Below are positions 55,495 through 64,000 of a DNA stretch of 64,000 nt, one piece after another. Source of the DNA: an uncultured Weeksellaceae bacterium (GTDB taxonomy: Bacteria; Bacteroidota; Bacteroidia; Flavobacteriales_D; UBA2798); assembly GCA_964460845.1 (NCBI GenBank), contig CAYWRZ010000002.1, positions 17,835 through 81,834 of the forward strand, written 5' to 3'. A program made the translations under genes and the position numbers. The first letter of the stretch is position 1, and every line of letters begins with the position of its first letter. The notes beneath the pieces are model-generated. The model was not told where the DNA came from. It made no database searches and saw only the letters and a list, made by a program, of their open reading frames with translations.

Positions 55495-58098
55495 TTGAAA
55501 AAAGCACTTCTTATATCTCTTATTATCTCGCTGATAGCCAGCGTATCCTGTAAAACCACCCGCCGTGTGAAGGAGGGCGAATTTCTGCTGGTGAAAAATG
55601 AAATAGTGGTGGATCAAAAGGGAAAGGTCTCCAATTCGCAGCTACAAACGGTACTCAAACAGAAAACCAACCGTAAAATTTTCGGATTTATTCCTTTTCA
55701 CCTTTATATGTACAACCTGCCTAATCCCGAAAAGGTAGAGCGTAAAATGGAGGCTAAACAGGCCAAAACCGAAGCCCGTAACCGGAAGCTGGAAGCCGAA
55801 GTAAACGAGCTGAACAAAGAAATAAATACGGTACGCGGTTCTCTCAACGGTATGCCCGACAGCCGCGAGCGCGATAAGGTCGAAAGGCAGCTCGAAAAGC
55901 TGCAAAACAAAAAGAACAGCCGGGAAAGCAAGATAAAGCCTCCGAAAAAAGTATTCGGCGAATGGCTTCGCACTTCGGTAGGTGAGGCCCCTTCCCTGCT
56001 CGACTCTTCACAGGTCAACGCTTCTACCCGTAACCTTAATTATTACCTCTTCAAAAAAGGCTATTTTAACAACGAGGTACGCGATACTATCGTGCTGGAT
56101 ACGCTTCGCAAAAAAGCAAAGGTGACCTATTTCGTGACCCTTAGGGAGCCCTATACCATCAATTCGCTCGAATATAATATCGAAGCACGCGGACTTGCCC
56201 GAAGAATCAATACCCTGCGCGCGCGATCGCTCATCAAAGAAGGCGCTATATTCGATTTCGATGTGCTTGAAAAAGAACGCGACAGGATAGCCAATGAGTT
56301 GAAAAACAACGGGTATCACTTCTTTAGCAAAGAATATATCTATTTCGATATCGACTCTACCATCGGAAACCAAAAGGTCAATATCCGAATGGGTGTAAAA
56401 GACATGGTGAAGCCCGATCCACGGCACCCCGACTCAACAATTACCACCGGACACCAGCGTTATTTTATCAACAATGTGTACGTCTATACGGATTACAATC
56501 CGCGCGATACGCTGGGGCGTTACGACACGCTGCATGTGGTCGATCCCAACAACGGCGACAAATATATTTTCCTTTACCGCGATGAGCTCAAATTCAAGCC
56601 CCGGGTAATTTACGAATCCATTTACATCAAAAACACGTTCTTATATCGTTCGCGCGAGGTCGAAGCTACGTTCAAAAAGCTCTCTTCGCTGGGCATTTTT
56701 CGTTCGATAAACATTCAGTTTCAGATCAATACTAAAGATACTACCGGGCATTCGCTCAACTGTTTCATCTACCTTTCTCCGTCGAAAAAACAAGCCTATT
56801 CGCTCGAAGCCAACGGTACCAACCGCGGAGGAAACCTCGGTATTTCGGGAAATGTAACTTACCGCAACAAAAACCTGTTCAGGGGAGCCGAAATGTTCAG
56901 GATTACCATGGCCGGCGGTATCGAAGCGCAACAGGTGCTGGCTAACGAGAACCAAAGTATTATCGGCGACGGTTCTTTCAAACCGCTTAGTACCTTCAAT
57001 ACCGTTGAGTTCGGCCCCGACTTTTCACTCTCCATTCCCAAATTTTTGGTACCCTTTAATGTGGTGAAGCTCGAAAAAACCGCCAGTCCGCGCACCATTT
57101 TTAATGCCAACCTGAATTATCAGCGTCGCCCCGACTTTAGTCGCGTGGTCGAAGATGCTTCCTTTGCCTACGAATGGAAACAGGGAGAAAAGATCAACCA
57201 TTACTTCGGTCCGCTAAGGGTCAGCGCCGTAAAAATTAATCCCGACAGCAGCTTTATCGCCCGGCTGAATCAGATCAATGACCAGTTTCTGCTCAACAGT
57301 TACCGCGACCACTTTATTATCGGTAACTATTACTCTTTTACCTACAACGGCGCGCTGGGTACAGGTATGCAACGAAAGCGTACCACCACGTATTTTAAAG
57401 TCGGACTTGAGCAGGCCGGTAATCTGCTTCGCAAAATGTACGAATGGACCGGCACGCACCGCGATAGCGTAGGACGCGTATTCGGAATTCAATTTGCCCA
57501 ATACCTTAAAGTGGATGTCGATTTTCGCCTCCATGTCACTTTTAACGAATCGAGTAAGCTGGCCTATCGCCTGGCTGGAGGTATCGGTTTGCCCCAACGT
57601 AACTTTAACCAGTCGCTTCCTTTCGAAAAAAGCTTCTTTGCCGGAGGTTCCAACGGTTTACGGGGCTGGCGTGCACGTACCCTGGGGCCGGGCTCTTACC
57701 GGAGCCTCACTACCACCTTCGATAAAATAGGCGATATTCAGCTCGAAGGTAATGTCGAATACCGTTTTGACCTTATCGGATTCTTCGAAGGTGCACTCTT
57801 TGTCGATGCGGGAAATATCTGGACGCTACGCGATAACCCTGCACGCCCCGGAAGCCGCTTTTCAGAAGAATTTTACAAGGAAATAGCAATGGATGTGGGC
57901 TTCGGACTTCGTTTCGATCTTAGCTTCTTCCTTATTCGCCTCGATTTTGCGCTGCCCATTCGCGATCCTTCGCTGGTGGACGGCGAACGCTGGGTATTTT
58001 CTCCCAAAACCGAAACCAATCGCTTTTATGAAGACAACGGACTGGGTCCCTACCGTGCGCGCATCAACCTGAACCTGGGTATAGGTTATCCTTTCTGA
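55495..58098 (+). CDS. BamA/TamA-family outer-membrane protein with Lys/Glu-rich coiled-coil insert
   Basis: C-terminal beta-barrel ending in GIGYPF. I prefer TTG 55495, which gives (M)KKALLISLIISLIASVSC. The GTG 55264 start would lack a signal peptide and overlap the PBP1A gene. Confidence 0.8.
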   Translation: MKKALLISLIISLIASVSCKTTRRVKEGEFLLVKNEIVVDQKGKVSNSQLQTVLKQKTNRKIFGFIPFHLYMYNLPNPEKVERKMEAKQAKTEARNRKLEAEVNELNKEINTVRGSLNGMPDSRERDKVERQLEKLQNKKNSRESKIKPPKKVFGEWLRTSVGEAPSLLDSSQVNASTRNLNYYLFKKGYFNNEVRDTIVLDTLRKKAKVTYFVTLREPYTINSLEYNIEARGLARRINTLRARSLIKEGAIFDFDVLEKERDRIANELKNNGYHFFSKEYIYFDIDSTIGNQKVNIRMGVKDMVKPDPRHPDSTITTGHQRYFINNVYVYTDYNPRDTLGRYDTLHVVDPNNGDKYIFLYRDELKFKPRVIYESIYIKNTFLYRSREVEATFKKLSSLGIFRSINIQFQINTKDTTGHSLNCFIYLSPSKKQAYSLEANGTNRGGNLGISGNVTYRNKNLFRGAEMFRITMAGGIEAQQVLANENQSIIGDGSFKPLSTFNTVEFGPDFSLSIPKFLVPFNVVKLEKTASPRTIFNANLNYQRRPDFSRVVEDASFAYEWKQGEKINHYFGPLRVSAVKINPDSSFIARLNQINDQFLLNSYRDHFIIGNYYSFTYNGALGTGMQRKRTTTYFKVGLEQAGNLLRKMYEWTGTHRDSVGRVFGIQFAQYLKVDVDFRLHVTFNESSKLAYRLAGGIGLPQRNFNQSLPFEKSFFAGGSNGLRGWRARTLGPGSYRSLTTTFDKIGDIQLEGNVEYRFDLIGFFEGALFVDAGNIWTLRDNPARPGSRFSEEFYKEIAMDVGFGLRFDLSFFLIRLDFALPIRDPSLVDGERWVFSPKTETNRFYEDNGLGPYRARINLNLGIGYPF

Positions 58099-58147
58099 GA
58101 AGAAACGATTAGCCCTCTCTGAAATGCACCCGCTTTGCAAAAATTGT

Positions 58148-58155
58148 TAGTTTTG
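58148..58155 (+). promoter_or_regulatory. -7 promoter box (TAGTTTTG) upstream of fbaB
   Basis: Perfect TAnnTTTG match. The motif ends at 58155 and the ATG is at 58181. Confidence 0.4.
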
Positions 58156-58180
58156 TCGTCCCAATATCAATTTTAAACCG

Positions 58181-59242
58181 ATGTCTGTTCACGTCACTTC
58201 TCTTCTGGGTCAGGATGCGGAATCACTCCTGCAGCACGAATGCCACACCATTACCCGTTCGCAGCTTCACCTGCCCGGAGCCGATTTTATTGACCGGAAC
58301 TTCCTGCTCAGCAACCGGAGCACACAGGTAATCCGCAGCCTCGAATCGATATACAGTCACGGTCGCCTCGGAGGCACCGGCTACGTGTCTATTCTCCCTG
58401 TAGATCAGGGTATAGAACATTCGGCAGGCGCTTCTTTTGCCCCTGCTCCACAGTATTTCGACCCCGAAAACATCGTAAAGCTGGCCATCGAAGGCGGCTG
58501 TAACGCAGTGGCTTCTACTTTTGGCGTACTGGCTTCCTGCTCACGCAAATACGCGCATAAAATTCCGTTTATCGTTAAAATCAACCACAACGAATTTCTC
58601 TCGTATCCCAATAAATACGACCAGATTCTTTTTGGCAGCGTTGAAGAGGCCTGGAACCTGGGAGCGGTAGCCGTAGGTGCTACTATCTATTTCGGATCGG
58701 ACGAATCAGCGCGTCAGATCGTCGAAATAGCACAGGCTTTCGAAAGAGCACACGAGCTCGGCATGGCCACCATCCTTTGGTGCTATACCCGTAACAACGG
58801 CTTCAAAAAAGACGGTGTCGATTACCATACCGCCGCCGATCTTACCGGGCAGGCCAACCACCTCGGCGTAACTATTCAAGCCGATATCATTAAGCAAAAA
58901 CTACCGGAAACCAACGGCGGATATACCGCGCTGAACTTCGGAAAAACGCATAAAAAAGTCTATTCCGACCTGAGCTCCGAGCATCCTATCGATCTTTGCC
59001 GCTATCAGGTGGCTAACTGCTACATGGGCCGCGTAGGACTCATCAACTCGGGTGGGGCTTCTACCGGAAGCGGACAAAGCGATCTGGCAGATGCGGTCAG
59101 AACAGCGGTAATTAATAAAAGAGCCGGTGGACACGGGCTTATTTCAGGTCGTAAAGCCTTCCAAAAACCTTTGAATGAAGGAGTGGAACTGCTCCATGCC
59201 ATACAGGATGTGTACCTCGATCAGGCCATCACCATAGCCTGA
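58181..59242 (+). CDS. fbaB: class I fructose-bisphosphate aldolase
   Basis: Near-collinear with E. coli FbaB as I remember it ([50 protein letters not shown]). Confidence 0.95.
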   Translation: MSVHVTSLLGQDAESLLQHECHTITRSQLHLPGADFIDRNFLLSNRSTQVIRSLESIYSHGRLGGTGYVSILPVDQGIEHSAGASFAPAPQYFDPENIVKLAIEGGCNAVASTFGVLASCSRKYAHKIPFIVKINHNEFLSYPNKYDQILFGSVEEAWNLGAVAVGATIYFGSDESARQIVEIAQAFERAHELGMATILWCYTRNNGFKKDGVDYHTAADLTGQANHLGVTIQADIIKQKLPETNGGYTALNFGKTHKKVYSDLSSEHPIDLCRYQVANCYMGRVGLINSGGASTGSGQSDLADAVRTAVINKRAGGHGLISGRKAFQKPLNEGVELLHAIQDVYLDQAITIA

Positions 59243-59274
59243 TTTACCACGAATGTTTAACTAAAAAAGCTGTT

Positions 59275-60120
59275 ATGGGTTGGTTTAAACGTGTAAAAGA
59301 AGGTATTACCACCTCGACCAAAGACAAAAAAGAGACCCCTGAAGGGCTTTGGTACAAATGTCCCGAATGCAATCACGTGGTCACTTCCGACGATCATGCG
59401 GCGCACGCCTGGGTCTGCGAGAAATGCGAATACCACGAAAAAATCAGTGCCGCGCAATACTTTGAAATTCTGTTCGATAACGGAAAATATAAAGAGTTTG
59501 CCCAGCACATTATTTCCGGCGACCCGCTCGAATTTGTCGATTCCAAAAAATACACCGACCGTTCGGCCGATACGCGTAAAAAAACAGGGCTTTCTGACGC
59601 CATTCGCACGGCTTACGGGAAAATCGACGGACAGGTAACCGTTATCGCCGCAATGGATTTCGCCTTTATCGGCGGATCAATGGGTTCGGTAGTGGGTGAA
59701 AAAATAGCCCGTGCCGTAGATACGGCCATCAGTAAAAAAGCGCCGCTCATTATTATCTCCAAATCAGGAGGCGCCCGGATGATGGAAGCCGGTTTTTCGC
59801 TGATGCAAATGGCCAAAACTTCGGCCAAGCTCTCTCAGCTTTCCGATGCACGCCTCCCCTACATTTCCTTACTTACCGACCCGACTACCGGTGGTGTAAC
59901 GGCTTCATTTGCCATGTTAGGCGATATAAACATTGCTGAACCTAAGGCACTTATCGGTTTTGCAGGGCCGCGTGTGGTACGCGAAACTATCGGTCACGAT
60001 TTGCCCGAAGGGTTCCAAACCTCCGAATTTGTCCTGGAGCACGGTTTCCTCGATTACATCGTGAGCCGGATCCAGCTTAAAAAGGAAATCAGCCACTCCA
60101 TTCAATTGTTTCGGCAATAA
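59275..60120 (+). CDS. accD: acetyl-CoA carboxylase carboxyltransferase beta subunit
   Basis: Zinc ribbon CPECNH...CEKCEYH. Carboxyltransferase core [17 protein letters not shown]. Confidence 0.95.
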   Translation: MGWFKRVKEGITTSTKDKKETPEGLWYKCPECNHVVTSDDHAAHAWVCEKCEYHEKISAAQYFEILFDNGKYKEFAQHIISGDPLEFVDSKKYTDRSADTRKKTGLSDAIRTAYGKIDGQVTVIAAMDFAFIGGSMGSVVGEKIARAVDTAISKKAPLIIISKSGGARMMEAGFSLMQMAKTSAKLSQLSDARLPYISLLTDPTTGGVTASFAMLGDINIAEPKALIGFAGPRVVRETIGHDLPEGFQTSEFVLEHGFLDYIVSRIQLKKEISHSIQLFRQ

Positions 60121-60191
60121 TTTTTAATGATTAGCTTGCTAAGTTCTATTTTATTCGTAACTTCGCAGCCTGTTTAGAAAAAGACATTGAC

Positions 60192-60461
60192 ATGTACCTG
60201 AGTAAAGAAGAGAAAAAAGAAATATTCAAAAAGCACGGCCAATCCGAAACCAACACCGGAAGCACCGAGGGGCAAATAGCCTTGTTTACACGCCGTATCA
60301 ACCACCTTACCCAACACCTTAAGTCTAACAAAAAGGATAAGCACACTCAGAAGTCGCTTATTGACATGGTGGGTAAGCGCAGAAGTCTTCTTGATTACCT
60401 TAAAAATAAGGATATCGTGAAGTACCGTGAGCTGATTGAAGAACTCAACATCAGAAAATAA
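60192..60461 (+). CDS. rpsO: 30S ribosomal protein S15
   Basis: 89 aa. TGSTEGQIALFTRRINHLTQHLKSNKKDKHTQKSLIDMVGKRRSLLDYL. Confidence 0.97.
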   Translation: MYLSKEEKKEIFKKHGQSETNTGSTEGQIALFTRRINHLTQHLKSNKKDKHTQKSLIDMVGKRRSLLDYLKNKDIVKYRELIEELNIRK

Positions 60462-60481
60462 TTTACGACACAAAAGAGAAA

Positions 60482-60517
60482 AAGGGCAATTGTGAAAAAC
60501 GATTGCCTTTTTTTTTA
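60482..60517 (+). terminator. rpsO terminator / rpsO-pnp intergenic hairpin
   Basis: 9-bp stem aagggcaat (60482-60490) / attgccctt (60502-60510), followed by a T-run that reaches 60517. Confidence 0.85.
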
Positions 60518-60543
60518 AATAGGCTTTATAACACAATCATACT

Positions 60544-62706
60544 ATGCAATCAGGATTTTTAAAAACAATCGATTTGGGTGATGGAAAGGCTATCACTATC
60601 GAATCGGGAAAGCTGGCTAAACAAGCCGATGGTTCAGTAGTAGTAAGACAGGGCAACACCCTGCTGCTGGCTACCGTATGCGCAAACAGAGACGCAAGAG
60701 ACGGAGTGGATTTTATGCCGCTTACCGTAGAATACAAAGAGAAATTTTCTGCCGCCGGTAAATTTCCCGGTGGTTTCTTCAAACGCGAAGCCCGTCCGAG
60801 CGACTACGAAATTCTCGTAAGCCGCCTGGTGGATCGCGCCCTTCGTCCCCTTTTCCCCGACGATTTTCATGCCGATACTCAGGTAATTATTTACCTGCTT
60901 TCTTCCGACGAAAACGTACTGCCCGACGCACTTGCCTGCTTGGCTGCTTCGGCTGCACTTTCCGTATCGGATGTGCCTTTTCACGGCCCCGTATCGGAAG
61001 TACGCGTAGCCCGTATCGATGGTAAATTCGTAATCAACCCCCTCAAATCGGAACTGCCCCTTGCCGACCTCGACCTGATGGTAGCCGCTTCTGCCAAAGA
61101 TATCGTTATGGTAGAAGGTGAAATGAAAGAGGTGTCGGAAGACGTGATGATCGAAGCCATCGCATTGGCACACGAAGCCATTAAAAAACAATGCGCCGTG
61201 CAGCTCGAACTGGCCGCTCTTTCTCCCAAAGGCGGTAAAAAACGTGAATACAGTCACGAAACGAACGACGAAGATCTGCGCAAAGCGCTGTGGGACTATA
61301 CTTACAACAAATGCTACGCCATCGCTAAATCGGGTCTCTCTAAAGACGCGCGCGGCGAAGCTTTTAAAGCGCTGAAAGACGAATTTATCGCCACACTTGC
61401 TCCCGAAATAGCGGTAGAGAAAACGCCGCTCATCGGCCGTTACTACCACGATGTGGAAAAAGAGGCTATGCGCCGCATGATTCTCGACGAAGGTACCCGC
61501 CTCGACGGACGTAATACAACTGAAATACGCCCCATCTGGTGCGAAGTCGATTACCTGCCTGCTGCGCACGGTTCGGCCGTATTTACCCGTGGCGAAACCC
61601 AATCGCTGACCTCGCTCACTCTGGGCTCTGCCCTCGACGAGCAGGATATTGACGGCGTAACGCACAAAGGCTCGGAGAAATTCCTGCTGCACTACAACTT
61701 CCCTCCTTTCTCGACCGGCGAATCGCGCCCCCTGCGTGGTACCAGCCGTCGTGAAATAGGTCATGGTAACCTGGCACAACGCGCGCTAAGACCCATGCTG
61801 CCCCCCATCGAACACAACCCCTACACCATTCGCCTCGTATCCGAAATCCTCGAATCTAACGGTTCTTCTTCTATGGCTACCGTATGTGCCTCTACCCTGG
61901 CACTGATGGACGGTGGTGTGAAGCTTATCCGCCCCGTTTCCGGTATAGCGATGGGACTCATTACCGACAAAGGCTCCGACAAATACGCCATCCTTTCCGA
62001 TATCTTGGGCGACGAAGATCACCTCGGCGACATGGACTTTAAGGTGACAGGTACCGAAAAAGGTATCACAGCCTGCCAAATGGATATCAAAGTAGATGGT
62101 CTTTCGTCCGAAATTCTCAAAAAAGCGCTCGAACAAGCTCGTCTGGGTCGTTTACATATCTTAGGCGAAATGCTCAAAACACTTCACGATCCACGCGAAG
62201 ATTACAAGCCGCACGCTCCTCGAATCGTGTACCTCGAAGTGCCTACCGACGTAATTGGTGCCATCATTGGCCCCGGCGGTAAAATCATTCAGGAAATTCA
62301 ACGTACTACCGGTGCGGTTATCACTATCGAAGAGGCCGACGGTAAAGGAAAAGTGGAAATCGCCAGTGCGAATAAAGACAGCCTCGATGCGGCACTCAAA
62401 CGCGTAACTGATATTGCATTCCCGCCCGTAGTGGAAATAGGTGAAATCTATAGCGGAAAAGTAAAAACCATTATGCCTTACGGTGCGTTTGTAGAAATAC
62501 TGCCCGGTACCGACGGACTCCTCCACGTCAGTGAGCTGGAATGGCGTCGTATCGAAAACGTAAGCGATGTGCTGAAGGAAGGCGATGTGGTAGAATTTAA
62601 AGTGATTGGAAAAGATCCCAAAAACGGCAAAATCAAACTTTCCCGCAAAGTGTTGTTGCCCCGCCCCGAACGTGCCGAAAGATCAGAAGCGCCACAGGAT
62701 AACTAA
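60544..62706 (+). CDS. pnp: polyribonucleotide nucleotidyltransferase (PNPase)
   Basis: 720 aa. Two RNase PH domains, a KH domain ([17 protein letters not shown]) and an S1 domain ([28 protein letters not shown]). Confidence 0.97.
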   Translation: MQSGFLKTIDLGDGKAITIESGKLAKQADGSVVVRQGNTLLLATVCANRDARDGVDFMPLTVEYKEKFSAAGKFPGGFFKREARPSDYEILVSRLVDRALRPLFPDDFHADTQVIIYLLSSDENVLPDALACLAASAALSVSDVPFHGPVSEVRVARIDGKFVINPLKSELPLADLDLMVAASAKDIVMVEGEMKEVSEDVMIEAIALAHEAIKKQCAVQLELAALSPKGGKKREYSHETNDEDLRKALWDYTYNKCYAIAKSGLSKDARGEAFKALKDEFIATLAPEIAVEKTPLIGRYYHDVEKEAMRRMILDEGTRLDGRNTTEIRPIWCEVDYLPAAHGSAVFTRGETQSLTSLTLGSALDEQDIDGVTHKGSEKFLLHYNFPPFSTGESRPLRGTSRREIGHGNLAQRALRPMLPPIEHNPYTIRLVSEILESNGSSSMATVCASTLALMDGGVKLIRPVSGIAMGLITDKGSDKYAILSDILGDEDHLGDMDFKVTGTEKGITACQMDIKVDGLSSEILKKALEQARLGRLHILGEMLKTLHDPREDYKPHAPRIVYLEVPTDVIGAIIGPGGKIIQEIQRTTGAVITIEEADGKGKVEIASANKDSLDAALKRVTDIAFPPVVEIGEIYSGKVKTIMPYGAFVEILPGTDGLLHVSELEWRRIENVSDVLKEGDVVEFKVIGKDPKNGKIKLSRKVLLPRPERAERSEAPQDN

Positions 62707-62733
62707 GCGCTTAGATTCTTCTCCTCTATTTAT

Positions 62734-62762
62734 ACGCCCCGCAATTTGCGGGGCGTTTTTTG
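62734..62762 (+). terminator. rho-independent terminator after pnp
   Basis: 9-bp GC-rich stem acgccccgc / gcggggcgt with loop AATTT, followed by TTTTTT. Confidence 0.9.
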
Positions 62763-62787
62763 TGGCAGGTAATGAAACTTCAGCACA

Positions 62788-62822
62788 ATAAAAAACCCCT
62801 ACGAGCCTTTTGCCGGTAGGGG
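62788..62822 (-). terminator. rho-independent terminator after gap (minus strand)
   Basis: Stem cccctac (62796-62802) / gtagggg (62816-62822). On the minus strand it is followed by TTTTTTATTG. Confidence 0.7.
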
Positions 62823-62842
62823 TTAAAGAAAGGAAGTGCTGT

Positions 62843-64000
62843 TTAGTAGTACACCAAACGGTTTACCTTAGAAATGTATTTCGCCAGGCGCATGACCTGC
62901 TTGGTATAACCGTATTCATTATCGTACCATACGTAGAGTACCACGTTTTTTCCGTCGGGCGCTACGATAGTAGCCTGACTGTCGAACACCGAGCAGCAGT
63001 TGTTCCCGATAATATCGCTCGATACGAGCTCGGGCTCATACGAGTAGTATATCTGGTTCACAAGGTCCCCTTCGAGCGAAGCCGAACGCAGCAACCCGTT
63101 AAGCGTTTCCAGGTTGGTTTCTTTTTCGAGCGTGAGGCTTAATACGGCGAGCGAACCGTTAGGAACCGGCACACGCACGGCATTAGCGGTCAGCTTGTCT
63201 TTCAGCTCGGGAATGGCTTTGGTTACCGCTTTGCCTGCACCGGTTTCGGTAATAACCATGTTGATGGCTGCCGAACGACCGCGACGCGATTTTTTGTGCA
63301 TGTTATCGATCAGGTTCTGATCGTTGGTATAAGCATGTACGGTTTCGATGTGTCCGCGTTCTACACCGAGCTTGTCGTTAATAACTTTCAACACCGGAAC
63401 GATAGCGTTGGTGGTACAGGAGGCGGCCGAAAAGAGCGTGTCCTTCTCCCTGTCGATATCGCCGTGATTTACGCCGTAAACCACATTGGGCAATTCTTTT
63501 CCGGGGGCGGTGAGCAATACCTTACCGGCACCTTTTGATTTTAGGTGACGAGCCAGCGCTTCGCGGGTGGTAAACGCACCGGTATTGTCGATAATAAGGG
63601 CATTTTGGATGCCATACGTTTCATAATCGACCTCTTCCGGACCGGGCGCATCGATAAGATGTACCAACTGTCCGTTGATCAGCATGGTCTTGTTCTCCAA
63701 ATCGACTTCTACCGTACCGGCAAAAGGGCCGTGTACCGAATCCATACGCAGCAGGGCGGCGCGCTTGATGATTTCTGCCTCGGTGCTGCCACGGGTTACG
63801 ATGGCGCGCAAACGAAGTTGCTGTCCCTTACCGGCTTGTTTGACCAGTTCGCGGGCGCAAAGACGACCAATACGACCAAAGCCGTAAAGTACCACATCGC
63901 GCGGAACCAGCGGACTGTCGGTAGCCGCACCGGCAATGTGACCAAGCTTGGCGCGAAGAAATTCAGCTTTCGAGGCAAAGTTTTTACCCTCTTCCATCCA
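62843..64000 (-). CDS. gap: glyceraldehyde-3-phosphate dehydrogenase (long form); 5' end probably beyond the right edge
   Basis: NAD motif LYGFGRIGR and catalytic AASCTTNAIVP. The reading frame is still open at position 64000. Confidence 0.9.
   Translation of the reverse strand, partial: WMEEGKNFASKAEFLRAKLGHIAGAATDSPLVPRDVVLYGFGRIGRLCARELVKQAGKGQQLRLRAIVTRGSTEAEIIKRAALLRMDSVHGPFAGTVEVDLENKTMLINGQLVHLIDAPGPEEVDYETYGIQNALIIDNTGAFTTREALARHLKSKGAGKVLLTAPGKELPNVVYGVNHGDIDREKDTLFSAASCTTNAIVPVLKVINDKLGVERGHIETVHAYTNDQNLIDNMHKKSRRGRSAAINMVITETGAGKAVTKAIPELKDKLTANAVRVPVPNGSLAVLSLTLEKETNLETLNGLLRSASLEGDLVNQIYYSYEPELVSSDIIGNNCCSVFDSQATIVAPDGKNVVLYVWYDNEYGYTKQVMRLAKYISKVNRLVYY

Noticed and set aside
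1-64000. Search for tRNA, rRNA, CRISPR arrays, transposases, integrases, reverse transcriptases and large repeats
   Set aside because: Scanning the intergenic regions by eye, I found no tRNA T-loop/acceptor pattern, no regularly spaced direct repeats, and no ORF with recombinase, transposase or RT motifs. Absence cannot be proven without tRNAscan/Infernal/CRISPR tools.

Overview
This window reads as Bacteroidota chromosome. Evidence: several secreted proteins carry C-terminal T9SS sorting domains, TAnnTTTG -7 boxes sit upstream of genes, and there is a PaaABCDE epoxidase set. Most of it is densely packed housekeeping core: thiolase/FadB-like/MarR, priA, pfkA, guaB, a triple SurA/parvulin cluster, ilvE, recQ, fabI, clpC, gyrA, PBP1A, a BamA/TamA-like OMP, fbaB, accD, rpsO-pnp and gap. 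I recognised no rRNA, tRNA, CRISPR array, transposase or integrase.

The non-core parts worth a second look are:
1. A SiaB/SiaC-type partner-switch pair co-transcribed with a PqiA-like membrane protein, with no PP2C or GGDEF partner in the window.
2. A patchwork of small accessory genes at about 47.5-50.3 kb: a PD-(D/E)xK-like 273-aa protein, a low-GC orphan XRE/HigA-like gene, a CPBP protease, and a DUF3606-HNH pair coupled by an ATGA overlap.
3. A tightly overlapping four-gene unit of small Cys protein, 7TM protein, sensor-less histidine kinase and LuxR-type regulator.
4. A paa epoxidase cluster split by a low-GC DUF3825 gene, with an unannotated 36-codon membrane ORF wedged between paaC and paaD.
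5. A T9SS cargo gene split by a +1 frameshift at an A4 run.
6. A perfect 23-bp palindrome placed at a predicted transcription start.

All product calls come from reading motifs by eye and from memory of protein families. No database search or computation was possible, so family names such as DUF3825, DUF6615-like and DUF115/GT42-like need profile-search confirmation.
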